From contig NC_043017.1 in assembly GCF_006345805.1 (NCBI RefSeq), forward strand, positions 32,550,001 through 32,614,000: a stretch of 64,000 nt of DNA, written 5' to 3'. This document shows positions 25,021 through 37,243 of this stretch, piece after piece. Source of the stretch: Octopus sinensis (lineage: Eukaryota). Within the stretch, counting starts at the first letter, position 1. Each line of letters begins with the position of its first letter. A program made the position numbers and the translations under genes. The notes under the pieces are model-generated. The model did no database searches. It had not been told where the DNA came from and was given only the letters and a program-made list of their open reading frames with translations.

Positions 25021-25642
25021 ATGAAAGAGAGGGAAGAATTTAACCTAGCATTTGAAGGTAATTTATTTATTGACTCCATAAGGACAAAAAAAGTAATGTT
25101 GTCCATGGCAGAATTTGAACTCAGAAACCTGGAGCAAATATCACAAATTATTTGACCCAAAGCTTTATCAACTACACCAGTCTCCCTTGATACACTGAAG
25201 CTGATAAAAAAATGAAAACAAAAATGACAAAAATGGCCAATGATCCTAACCCTGCTCATTGAGAACTTACCATTCTTACCTGGTGTTAAACAACAACAAC
25301 AATAACAACATATTTGTGAAGAACTTGCCACAGAATCTCTGTTTAGTTCTTAGCTCTGTTAAAAATACCTGCCATAACTCTCTCAAATCACACCTGGCCA
25401 TTTTACATTAGACAGGTATAAAATTCTTCTTTGAAGGCAGGATCGTCATAACTGGAATGTCTTTGATTATGAGTTTGCCCAATCAGGCTGATTATAGGGC
25501 TGAATGAAAATTTAAAAAAACCCCTTCTTGTGAATTATTTTAGATCAGGCAGGAGTAACCTTTCCCAGGAAGTGGGTCGCATGAGACATGGGTCATCATC
25601 AGTCAGGCTGCACTACAAAAAACTGAGGTCATTTTTCATTAG

Positions 25643-26268
25643 ACATGCCATTCAGAAAGTTCCATGGGCTACATACAGCACATGTACCACATACAGCATA
25701 TGGGCCACATGCACCACTGGGGTCATATATACTACAGGGGTCACATAGTGCACATATTCCATGTACAACACATGGGTCAAATACACCACATGGGCCACAT
25801 ATAGCACATGTGCCACATCTAGCACTTGGGCCCCATATGCCACATGAGACACATATAGTACATGTGCCACATACACCACATGACACATATATAGTACATG
25901 TACCACATATATCACATGGACCACGTATAGCAAATGTGCCACATATACCACATGGACCATTTATGCCACATGGGCTGCATATACTACATGGGATGCATAC
26001 AGCACGTATAGCAAATGTGCCACATATACCACATGGACCATATATGCCACATTGGCTGCATATACCACATGGGTTGCATACAGCACGTATAGCAAATGTG
26101 CCACATATACCACATGGACCAGATATACCACATGGGACACATGGTGTTCTACATACACCACATGGACCACAAATAGCACATGTACCACATATACCACATG
26201 GGCCATATATAGCACAAGGGTCACATACACCACATGGGCCACAGTTTGCCTATGACCAATGTAGGTGA
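25643..26268 (+). CDS. Candidate terminal exon encoding a His/Pro/Gly-rich repeat (PHIAHVPHIPHG-type)
   Basis: 207-codon ORF; acceptor atttttcattag at 25642 is phase-compatible with the 23798 donor; repeat length changes are multiples of 3; ends TGA TAA. Confidence 0.5.
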
Positions 26269-26923
26269 TAATTTATTCTGATGTGCAGATCTACAAGCAT
26301 TCCACTTCCAGTATCTTGGATTCATAGTACAAAAGCATTGAAAAAGTGAAAATGCTTTCTGTTGCAATGGACCTCACCAAAAACCCAATCTACTGGGACC
26401 CATCTAACAAGTTCCCATCAACCAGGCATTACCTTCGTCTGCCAATATTAGGAATATAGCCATTGCGGATTGAGATAAGTTACAATTATCATCAATGACT
26501 GTCCATCTAGATAAGGCATGGGTAAACCATCTCTGAGAAGCGAACCACATGAAACATGGCTTATCATCAAGCTGACCGGACTTTTAAAAATATTCAGATT
26601 AATTTGCCATTGGTTGGCCATTTGGAAAGTCCTGCGAGCTGTAGTTGCTCAGGACTGCTCTAGATCTGCCCAGATCTGTGGAGCCAGCCCTCCTTTTGCA
26701 GGTTTACATCTGGGGCAATCACGATCACCATCATCGTCTTTTGGCTGCCACCTTCCATTCTGGCATGGGATGTATAGTTCAATAGGATCCTATGGGTCTC
26801 AGGACTGCATCATACTCCAATCTCTGTTTTGGCATAGTTTTAATGATTGAATGCCCTTCCTCTGACACCAGTCACTGCTAAAGCAGTGGAGGAAATTTTG
26901 GCTACCTTTTAATGTTTTCCCTA

Positions 26924-27350
26924 TAGGCACAGGTGTGGCTATGTAGCAAGAAGCTTGCTTCCAAACTACAGGGTTCCAGGTTCAGTCCCACTGCATGCCA
27001 CCCTGGAAAGTAATTTTTTATTATAGCCTCAAGCTGACCAAAGCCTAGTGAGTGAATTTGGTAGATGGAAACTGAAAGAAGCCTTTATGATATGTGTGTA
27101 TGAGTGTGTGTGTATGTGTGTGTGTGTCTGTCTGATTTTATCCCTAACCACTGCTTGATAACTGGTGTTGGTGTGTTTACATCTATGTAACTTAAGCAGT
27201 TTGGCAAAAGAGATCGATAAATAAGTACCAGGTTTTGCAAAAAAAAAAAAGAAATGATAAGTACTGGGGTCACTAAGTTTGACTAAAATTCTTCAAGGAG
27301 GTGCTCCAGCATGGCCACAGTCTAATGAGTGAAAAAAATAAAAGATAGAA
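26924..27350 (+). mobile_element. SINE family A, decayed
   Basis: Diverged full-length copy. Confidence 0.8.
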
Positions 27351-27413
27351 GGTAAAGACAGATAGGAGAGAAGCTATGTACATTGCATCAGTTGATAAAA
27401 GACACCACATCTT

Positions 27414-27828
27414 ATTTCTTTACTGCTCACAAGGGGTTAAACACAGAGGGGATGAAGAAGGACAGACAAACGGATTAAGTCGATTATATTGACCCCAGTG
27501 CATAACTGGTACTTATTTAATCGACTCCGAAAGGATGAAAGGCAGAGTTAACATCGGCGGAATTTGAACTCAGAATGAAGCGACAGATGAAATACCTATT
27601 TCTTTACTACCCACAAGGGGCTAAACACACAGAGACAAAACAAGGACACAGAAACGGATTAAGTCGATTATATCGCCCCAGTGCATAACTGGTACTTATT
27701 TAATCGACCCCAAATGGACGAAAGGCAAAGTCAACCTCGGGGGAATTTGAACTCAGAACGTAGCGGCAGACGAAATACCGCTAAGCATTTCGCCCAGCGT
27801 GCTAACGTTTCTGCCAGCTCGCCGCCTT
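27414..27828 (-). mobile_element. SINE family B (doubled body) with 17-bp TSD
   Basis: taaaagacaccacatct on both sides (~27397 and ~27829). Confidence 0.92.
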
Positions 27829-28780
27829 CTAAAAGACACCACATCTGCAGGTTCTCTTAGCCCCAAAAGGAATCAAGAGCTTTCCTTCAAATGATATCCA
27901 CCCAACCACATATAAAAAGGCTAAGCACTTTGGATAAATGCAGTCTGAGACATGCTGGGCATGAAACAAGAACACCTTGGTTACGACTAGTTTGTGTTTC
28001 ATATAATTGTCTTCGGTATAATTGTACAGGAACAGGTTTAATCCGGGGGTTAGAATACATCAAACAGGATTGTATTTATGATCTTGTGAATCACATCATT
28101 GAGAGGAGAGTGTCTTTTCTAGAAATACATCACAGCATTAGTGATAAGTAGGTAACTACTGTTAACTTTATCAGTAACACACCAGAGCAATAATGATAAA
28201 ACCGTTGTGGTAACTAACTTACACCACCATTGGCTTTTGATATTGATACTAAATAATAATTAATGTGCATTAATATCTTAAACACACTATATAACACTAC
28301 TAGTAGTTTTTGTGAAATCTTCTTATATTGTCTGGATTACCTAATTACTCTGTTTTTCATAAAATTCTTGAAATCTATTTCTAGTAGATACGATAATCTT
28401 CACACTAACTACCCCAGTCTGTGATATCATTAGTGCACTCAAGTCGTTATGTTTTTGTTGTGTGTGCTCTTGCATGCTTGCACATGATGAAGACTATTTA
28501 AGTTGATTACCAGTTTGATGTAAAGAACGGTTTTTATGATGTGTTGCTCGAATAATGTATGTGAGTCACGAAACACGGTTATAACAGACATCCAAAAGAG
28601 ATGGAATTACTGGAGTGGACTTAAATAATTATCATATATACAACAAAGACAGCAGTTACTGTTAATATTATAACTAGGAGACTGTTAACATTGGTTCACT
28701 TTTCTGTTAGTGTTAATCCTTTTTTTGTTAACTTGTCTACATTTTGAAATATACTTTGTTTAAATTAATTTTGAAAATAT

Positions 28781-29005
28781 ATTTCTTTGCTACCCATAAG
28801 GGGCTAAACGCAGAGAGGACAAACAAGGACAGACAAACGGATTAAGTCGATTACATCGACCCCAATGCGTAACTGGTACTTAATTTATCGACCCCGAAAG
28901 GATGAAAGGCAAAGTCGACCTCGGCGGAATTTGAACACAGAACGTAACGGCAGACGAAGTACGGCTACGCATTTCGCCCGGTGTGCTTACGTTTCTGCCA
29001 GTTCA
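28781..29005 (-). mobile_element. SINE family B
   Basis: Reverse complement of the family B consensus. Confidence 0.9.
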
Positions 29006-29064
29006 GTATTAGCTAAAATACTTAAATACCTCTGTCATTATTTATGTGGTGTTTGAAACCTAAA

Positions 29065-29490
29065 TAGGTGCATGAGTGGCTGTGTGGTAAGTAGCTTGCT
29101 TACTAACCACATGGTTCCGGGTTCATTTCCACAGTGTGGCACCTTGGGCAAGTGTTTTCTACTATAGCCTCGGGCCGACCAAAGCCTTGTGAGTAGATTT
29201 GGTAGACAGAAACTGAAAGAAGCCCATCGTATATATGTATATATATATGTATGTATGTGTGTGTTTGTGTGTTTGTGTGTCTGTGTTTGTCTCCCCCCCC
29301 AACATCATTTGACAACAGATGCTGGTGTGTTTACATCCCTGTAACTTAGCGGTTCGACAAAAGAGACCGACAGAATAAATACTAGGCTTACAAAGAATAA
29401 GTCAGTCCTGGGGTCGATTTGCTCGACTAAAGGCAGTGCTCCAGCATGGCCACAGTTAAATGACTGAAACAAGTAAAAGAGTAAAAGAGT
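29065..29490 (+). mobile_element. SINE family A
   Basis: Full-length copy. Confidence 0.92.
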
Positions 29491-29642
29491 AAACATATAT
29501 TAGGAGGGAAGGTTTTAATGCAAATCAATTTAACCTTTTACCGTTTAAAACAGCCACATCCAAACCAAAGTATTCTACCTGTTTCACATGCAAACTGATT
29601 AGATCCACTCTCACACCTATCCTACAATGTCATTTTAAAAAT

Positions 29643-29804
29643 GTGACTGTGTGGTAATTAGCTTTCTAACCAACCACATGGTTCCGGGTTCAGTTCCACT
29701 GCGTGGCATCTTGGGCAAGTGTCTTCTGCTATAGCCCCGGGCTGACCAATGCCTTGTGAGTAGATTTGGTAGATGGAAACTGAAAGAAGCCTGTCGTATA
29801 TATG

Positions 29805-29835
<31 letters not shown>

Positions 29836-30050
29836 TTGTGTGTCTGTGTTTGTTCCCCTAGCATTGCTTGACAACCGATGCTGGTGTGTTTATGTCCCCG
29901 TCACTTAGCGGTTCAGCAAAAAGAAACCGATAGAATAAGTACTGGGCTTTCAAAAAAAGAATAAGTCCCGGGGTCGAGTTGCTCGACTAAAGGCGGTGCT
30001 CCAACATGGCCGCAGTCAAATGACTGAAACAAGTAAAAGAGTAAAAGAGT
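29643..30050 (+). mobile_element. SINE family A inside a TTAA-type MITE (29530-30165)
   Basis: Family A body; flanks match the MITE family (ttaacctttt ... gctaaaggggtaa). Confidence 0.88.
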
Positions 30051-30629
30051 AAATCACCTCACCGAAATCTCAAAGCTACAAGATAATACATGATTAGTTC
30101 AAAACAATGTGAATAAATATGAATTACAATTGACAAAGTAATCTGAATGCTAAAGGGGTAAAACTGGGAGCTTGTGTCAGAGAAGTAGGGGCATTCATAG
30201 GTGAGTTGTGTAAAGGTAGGTGGAAGTTGGCTTCTCTATATTCTCAATGAAAATTACTCAGATCTCCACCTTTATCGCTCAATAGCATTCTACTGTAGGC
30301 ATAAAGGTGCTAAATTTAAGGTTGGGCATCACTGATTAAATTGACTTCAGTACTTAAGTGGCGCTTGTAAGCCCTAGATGAATGGCAAAATCAACTTTGC
30401 AGGGGTTTGGGTTCACAATGTAAAAAAAGACATACAGAACCACATTTTGTAAGGGGTTTTGTCCAGCAATCCCCTGATGTTGCTACTGGATGTATTCTTG
30501 CATTTAAGAATGAAGTTAGAGTTTACTCTTTTACTGTTTTAAGCCATTTGACAGTGGCCATGCTGGGGCTGCAGCATCAAGCATTTAATCTCATATCAAC
30601 CCTGGCAGCATCGAAATTGAACCAAATTC

Positions 30630-31085
30630 GATGATTGGCACCCATGCCAGTGGAGCGCTAACAGCTCCATCTGAGCAGGATCACTGCCAGAGCAGCTGTC
30701 TGGCACGTAAAAAGCACCATTTGAGTGGGATCATTACCAGCATCGCCTTACTGGCACTTGTGCCAGTGGCATGTGAACAAAACATTTGAGCGAGGTCATT
30801 GCCAGTGCCGCTGGACTGACTCCTGTGCAGGTGGCATGGAAAAAACACCATTTTGAGCGTGGCTGTAGCCAGTACCACCAGACTGGCCCTCGTGCTGGTG
30901 GCACGTAAAAGCACCCACTACACTCTCGGAGTGGTTGGTGTTAGGAAGGGCATCCAGCTGTAGAAACTCTGCCAGATCAGATTGGAGCCTGGTGCAGCCA
31001 TCTGGTTCCCCAGTCCTCAGTCAAATCATCCGACCCATGCTAGCAGGAAAGTGGATGTTAAACGATGATGATGATGATGAGGATG
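30630..31085 (+). mobile_element. SINE family D, long copy
   Basis: Internal repeats of gtgccagtggca.gtaaaa.gcacc, then ggtgttaggaagggcatccagctgtagaaac and (gat)n tail. Confidence 0.85.
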
Positions 31086-31984
31086 ATAAACTGCTGCATT
31101 CCAGCAAACAAGCAGAACACATACATTGAGTATGTTTGGTCAATAATATTCACAACACTATTGCTGCTTTTTTATTCGTGATTGAATTTAACCTATGTCT
31201 GAATCACCATCGGGGCATTCCAGCAAATGGTTTTCACACTATTTGTATGCAGTCTTAGACAGGCAATAATGACAAATCACATTTAAATGGAAAGAAAAAA
31301 CAAAGCAGAAAATAAAAACTTAAATTCTGATATTCAACCATTATAGAATTTTATATTTGCAAATCTTAACTATTTTCTTTGGCACTAACTTACTGTCTCT
31401 CTCATTCTCTTTTTCTCTCTCTCTTCTTTCTCTCTCTCTCTCTTCTTTCTCTCTCTCTCTCTCTCTCTTGACTTAAACTCATTCTTATCAGATTACAAAA
31501 TAATGTAACAGCTGGTCAACATTCCAATCAGTTTGCCATTTGTGACTTGGCAGGATTTTGGAAGATATTCAATAGAGAATTAAACCAACTTCTTAGCCTT
31601 TACTAAATTTACTTCAGAAGGGATTTCACCTTAGACAATTGAGATTATTCAATATGTATTCTACAAAGTCTAATGTTCCAAACTCCGAAGAAATCAATCT
31701 ATCCAAAAGTTCGGAAATCTTTAATGTGATCCAGGTGCTATTATCTTGTCTTGCTTCCTGTTTGTCTCAACAGAAGAAATTATTATTAGAATAGGAACCA
31801 ACCATATGTCATGGCTGAAGTATCCTGAGCCAATGACTGGAATTGATTGACCAGCTAAGACTGCATCCTCTGGTTGAAGAACATTGGCCTGCAAGGGGTC
31901 CTGTGTGGTGCTAAGTGAAAAGCACTCCTGCTAGTGCCATGTAAAAGTGGCCCATGTCAGTGCCACATTAAAAGCACCCAGCAC

Positions 31985-32390
31985 ACACAGTTGCAGGAAA
32001 TTTTGTATGCATAACTCTTGGAACTTCAGAAGTGTCTGCACACGACCATCTGTCATTTGTTCCGTTAACTTTTTGATCTTGGTCAAAGCTTTCCTCACCT
32101 GAGAAAAACCAAATCAAATCTTCTTCTACTGGATTTTTCAGTTTGTTTAAGAGCCTTTTAGATCTGCTGTAGAGATTCTTGATTTCTTTTTTTGCTTTTT
32201 GAGACATAAATTGACCTTTCCTCATGATATGAGACTTATATCTGATGTCTTGTGGACAACATATCTGATTGTTCTTTCTGACACATGGAGATTTTTTGCA
32301 ATTGACCTCATGGATTTTCTGGAATTGTAATTAATAGTCTGTGGAACTTGTTGGATAAGTTCAGGTGTTCTGATGATTTCAAAACGTGTA
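31985..32390 (-). pseudogene. Tc1/mariner (maT/DD37D-like) transposase fragment
   Basis: RTPELIQQV...KSMRSIAKNLHVSERTIR...MRKGQFMS...LIWFFSGEESFDQDQKVNGTNDRW...VMHTKFPATV. Confidence 0.85.
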
Positions 32391-32863
32391 AAATGCTATT
32401 TACATTTTGATACTGGTTATATGTTTCCATCTTCAGTCTCTACTCCTTATGAACTTTGTAAGTAAAAGATCTGGCAACTTTTTAAAAATTGAAATATTTC
32501 AAAATCCCTTTACTCAACCTTTATTTCTTGAGTAAGCTGAGAGTCTGTCATTATTATTTTCTGAAACAAAGATTCGGTTTTCATTCATCGAATCTTCTCA
32601 CATGGCTTTGGCCAGTTTGGGGCTAAACTTGAAGACACTTGCCCAAGCTGCTGTGCAGTGGGGCTGAACTCAATAGCCATGTGATTGAGAAACAACCACA
32701 ATAACCACACAGCCATGCTCGAGCTTATGTATTTGAACACAGCATATCTGAATTCATGTCCCATGAATAAGAAAGCCGAAAACCTTGTCTGTGCAGTGGT
32801 TCATCTCTTTAAAAATAAATGCAACTTCAAAAGGAATGCTTGCAATAATTGCTTTGTATTTAA

Positions 32864-33259
32864 TATATATATATAAAGCTGAAGTTGTCTGTGTGTGGCA
32901 GGTTTGGTAGCCCTCAACAAACACTATCTCCTCCGAGACGCTGTGGCGCAAGTTGACCAAAATTGAGAGTATGATAGAAGAAGGCTTGCTCTTCCTTCCG
33001 TGGAAGAAAAAATTCAAATTGGACCATGTTAACACCAAATATTATTTACATCAAAAAGGTGCTTTTTTTCTATGAAAATCCCTATTTTTTACAATTTTTT
33101 GACTGCTGTATCGCCATTTTTCGGGGTATTTCAACCAGAAAAATGTTCACTTAAAGAGAATAACAAGCTACATAATGCAAAATTTTTACTTTTCAAAAAT
33201 TTCAATTTTAAAGGGTCGAAAAGAAAACAAATGCAAGCAACGCCGGGCTATACTGCTAG
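32864..33259 (+). mobile_element. Non-autonomous Helitron
   Basis: 5' tatataaagctgaagttgtctgtgtgtg; 3' gcaacgccgggctatactgCTAG followed by T, the same terminus as 4314-4710. Confidence 0.8.
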
Positions 33260-33298
33260 TTCAGTAATATTCAGCAAAAGTGAAATTGATAAACATGA

Positions 33299-33704
33299 AG
33301 CTGTGTGGTAAGTAGCTTGCTAACCAACCACATGGCTCCGGGTTCAGTCCCACTGCGTGGCATCTTGGGCAAGTGTCTTCTGCTATAGCCCCGGGCCAAC
33401 CAATGCCTTGTGAGTGGATTTGGTAGACGGAAACTGAAAGAAGCCTGTCGTATATATGTATATATATATATGTATGTGTGTCTGTGTTTGTATGTCTGTG
33501 TTTGTCCCCCTAGCATTGCTTGACAACCGATGCTGGTGTGTTTACGTCCCTGTCACTTAGCGGTTCGGCAAAAGAGACCGATAGAATAAGTACTGGGCTT
33601 ATAAAAGAACAAGTCCCGGGGTCGATTTGCTCGACTAAAGGCGGTGCTCCAGCATGGCCGCAGTCAAATGACTGAAACAAGTAAAAGAGTAAAAGAGTAA
33701 AGAG
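33299..33704 (+). mobile_element. SINE family A
   Basis: Nearly full-length copy. Confidence 0.92.
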
Positions 33705-34265
33705 AAAAAAATGGTAGTCTGCTGAAGTAAGGAGCTGCTACGTCCAGAAGTAAGGAGCTGCTACGTCCTCCCCCATTAAAAAAATATAACAGGGTACGCC
33801 ACTGTAATAGGAAACTTGTACCCAAGAGATGGTAGCCAAAATAACTTTTTCATAGGGTTATTTCATCCCAGTGTTACATTTTATAGAAGCAATAGACATC
33901 CAATTCTAATTATGTGAAAGAATCAGAAGAAATTAACGATGCAGTATAGAAGAGATGAAATTACAGGTAGTTAATTTTATCAGGGAAAAATTCATTGAAA
34001 ATAAATTAATCCTGTCACCTATCATCTCTAATAGCCGTTAGTAATCATTAAATTAATATTAAACTAATTGCGGAGAACAAGAAGACAACTGCACTATTTC
34101 GTGTGACATGAAATATCGAAACTACAAGATGTTGAATTTGTCTGGTTTGACAGCAAACAGGCGAGAATTAAATATTGCAACACATGAACTGAGAGGATAT
34201 GTTTATGAGGGTAAAACAACTGGGAAACTGACTCTCACCATTATTTGTGCAAATGCTATGTCTAT

Positions 34266-34641
34266 ACTCTTTAATCTCTTTTACTTGTTTCAATCATTTG
34301 ACTCCAGCCATGCTGGAGCACCGCCTTTAATCGAGCAACTCGACCCCGGGACTTATTCTTTTGTAAGCCCAGTACTTATTCTATCGGGCTTCTTTTGCCG
34401 AACCGCTAAGTAACAGGGACGTAAACACACCAGCATCGGTTGTCAATCAATGCTAGGGGGACAAACACAGACACACAAACACACACATGCATATATATAC
34501 ATATATATGATGGGCTTCTTTCAGTTTCCATCTACCAAATCCACTCACAAGGCTTTGGTTGGCCCGAGGCCATAGCAGAAGACACCCGGAACCATGTGGT
34601 TGGTAAACAAGCTACTTACCACACAGCCACTCCTGTGCCTA
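34266..34641 (-). mobile_element. SINE family A with internal deletion
   Basis: Lacks the cttgcccaaggtgccacgcagtgggactgaa segment. Confidence 0.9.
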
Positions 34642-34659
34642 TGTCGAATTTTTGTGTTG

Positions 34660-35101
34660 GGATCTTTTTGGTTTGACCGGCAGTTTTTAAAAATAATTTC
34701 TATGTAACTAAAAAATTTTAAACTTCGTATACTGGTAGAATATGTTTATAAAACATCTTTTTCTCTTGGCTTTATTGAGAAAATTCTATAGTTTGTAAGA
34801 TATTTGTTGTTTTTCTATCTTCAATTTCTGCAATTTCAACCAATCAATGACGTCTATTGAGGTAAAATACATTCTGTGCCGTATGAGTATGTCCCTCGTT
34901 TAATAAACAGACTGGGTTTATTTACATTTTGTGAAGAAAAAAAAGATACCCTTCCCCCACCCCTAAGCCTAACCCTAACCCTAACTAGCCCTAACCCTAA
35001 AAGAGATTGAAATGCAATAGATCGATTCTAGGGTCATAACTATGGGTGACAATTTCATATGACACCGCTAGAAAAAACTGCCGTTCAAACGGAAAAGATC
35101 C
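34660..35101. mobile_element. MITE with GGATC-terminated TIRs and an internal (CCCTAA)n tract
   Basis: Left ggatctttttggtttgaccggcagttttt; right aaaaactgccgttcaaacggaaaagatcc; partial second copy at 35296-35434. Confidence 0.8.
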
Positions 35102-35217
35102 AAAGTGTAACATATACCACTTAAAGCATGCTTTAATTCAGTGTGAGAGATAAATCTTGTATTTGTTACAGTCACTGCCTTGAAAGGGTTTGGTTGAACA
35201 AATCAACGCCAGTACTT

Positions 35218-35513
35218 TTCATTATTTACATTATTTACAATTGACGGATATTTGTCCTCATCTTGTTTTTTGTTATCGCAGTGTTTCAGCTGATATTTCT
35301 GCAATTTCAACCAATCAGTGACATCTATTGAGGCAAAACATTCTGTGCCGTATGAATATGTCCCTCGTTTAAGAAACAGATTGGGTTTTTTGTGAAAAAA
35401 AAAGGTTCCCTTCCCCCACCCCTAACCCTAACCCAGCATTCGTCAGGTGTCTTGGGGGAAATTTCAAACCTGGGATCTCACTCCTAAGCTATTTTTCGAT
35501 GTTGTTGTTTTTG

Positions 35514-35547
<34 letters not shown>

Positions 35548-35810
35548 TACTATTATTATTCAGGTCACTGCTTGGAATCGAACTTGGAATCTTGGGATTA
35601 GTAACCCATGCTTTTAACCACTATACCCACGGGCATATGGTGCACTGGTTAAGATCGCGGGCTACTAACCCCAAGAATCTGAGTTCAATTCCAGGCAGTG
35701 AGCTGAATAATAATATATATCAGCTGAAACATGTTAACAACGAACAAGATGAGGACAAATATCCGTCAAATGTAAATAAAGTAAATAATGTACATAATTC
35801 CTCATCTTAC
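35218..35810. mobile_element. Palindromic element: two divergent tRNA-like heads, each followed by a Penelope-like tail
   Basis: Centre cccacggg at 35626-35633; arms share accaagaatc..gagttcaattccaggcagtga and aacaagatgaggacaaatatccgtcaa.tgtaaataa. Confidence 0.8.
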
Positions 35811-35990
35811 CAGTACTTTTTCTTTAAGAATGATATTTATTATTTTGGTCTTTTTTGTTGAACTGCTAGGTCATCAGTATGTATATGAACAGTGGTGGGG
35901 ATCAAATACAAACATAAAGACACACACACACGTGCGTGTGTGTGTGCATGTGTGTGTATGTGCATACACATATATAATATATACATATTT

Positions 35991-36395
35991 ACTCTTCTAC
36001 TCTATTACTTGTTTCAGTCATTTGACTGTGGCCATGCTGGAGCACCGCCTTTAGTCGAGCAAATCAACCCCGGGACTTATTCTTTGTAAGCCCAGTACTT
36101 ATTCTATCGGTCTCTTTTTTGCCAAACCGCTAAGTGACGGGGACGTAAACACACCAGCATCGGTTGTCAAGCAATGCTAGGGACAAACACAGACACACAA
36201 ACACACACACACATATATATATACATATATATGACAGGTTTCTTTCAGTTTCCATCTACCAAATCCACTCACAAGGCATTGGTCGGCCCGAGGCTATAGC
36301 AGAAGTCACTTGCCCAAGGTGCCATGCAGTGGGACTGAACCCGGAACCATGTGGTTGGAAGCAAGCTATTTACCATACAGCCACTTCTGCGCCTA
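35991..36395 (-). mobile_element. SINE family A
   Basis: Full-length reverse copy. Confidence 0.92.
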
Positions 36396-36486
36396 TATAT
36401 ATATATACATGTATAATAAATACATATATATACATATACACTCACTCACACATACACACACATAAATATATATGTATATATATGTG

Positions 36487-36519
<33 letters not shown>

Positions 36520-36524
36520 GTATA

Positions 36525-36602
<78 letters not shown>

Positions 36603-36637
36603 ATATATATATATATATATTATATATATATATATAT

Positions 36638-36992
36638 AAAATGAAGAACAAACAAAAAAACAACAATGCGAGGATGTGGTAGATGTAAAGTATAGCAGAC
36701 GCTCAGGAAGGAAAGAAAGATGGTTTAATGTTTCAAGTAAAACTCTTCTTCAGGAACAGAGGAAAATTCCAATAGGAAAGTAAGATGGAGGAAGAAAAAT
36801 GTAACAACATGGGAATCAATGGCGATTTTCTTCCTCTGTCTTCCTTTTCTATTGGACTTTTCCTCTGTTCCTGAAGAAGAGCGTTCACTCGAAACGTTAA
36901 ACCATCTTTCTTTCCTTCCCTGAGTGTCTGCTAATACTTCACATGTACCACGTCCTCGCATTGTTGCTTTTTTGTGTTTGTTCTTCATTTTA
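36638..36992. mobile_element. Penelope-type foldback (~165-bp arms) with decayed hammerhead cores on both strands
   Basis: aaaatgaagaacaaaca...cttcttcaggaacagaggaaaa versus ttttcctctgttcCTGAAGAagagcgttcactcGAAAcgtt...tgtttgttcttcatttt. Confidence 0.8.
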
Positions 36993-37019
36993 TTTTCGAT
37001 TTACTACTTACTGCATGCT

Positions 37020-37243
37020 CACACGTACAAGAGAGATGACTTGCACTGGTATGGTCATGTATTGCAAATGGATGAGGACAGCTGTGTAAAAAAGTGTCAC
37101 ACCCTAGCAGTAGTATGAACCTGTGGAAGAGGTAGACCCAGGAAGACCTGGGAGGAGGTGTTGAAGAATGACCTTCGAACATTGGGCCTCACTGAGTCAA
37201 TGACAAGTGACTGAGACCTTTGGAGATATGCTGTGCTTGAGAA
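37020..37243 (+). mobile_element. RTE LINE 3' end
   Basis: LHWYGHVLQMDEDSCVKKC...GRGRPRKTWEEVLKNDL...DLWRYAV. Confidence 0.88.

Noticed and set aside
24501-25331. 276-aa minus-strand ORF rich in S/L/F
   Set aside because: Mostly the complement of the polypurine tract; no domain features
31618-31734. Possible phase 0-0 exon KGFHLRQLRLFNMYSTKSNVPNSEEINLSKSSEIFNVIQ
   Set aside because: Weak donor (gtgcta), no recognisable homology, and it lies beyond the predicted stop of the candidate gene
34955-35000. (CCCTAA)n as a telomere or chromosome-fusion site
   Set aside because: Short, imperfect and inside a TIR-bounded element
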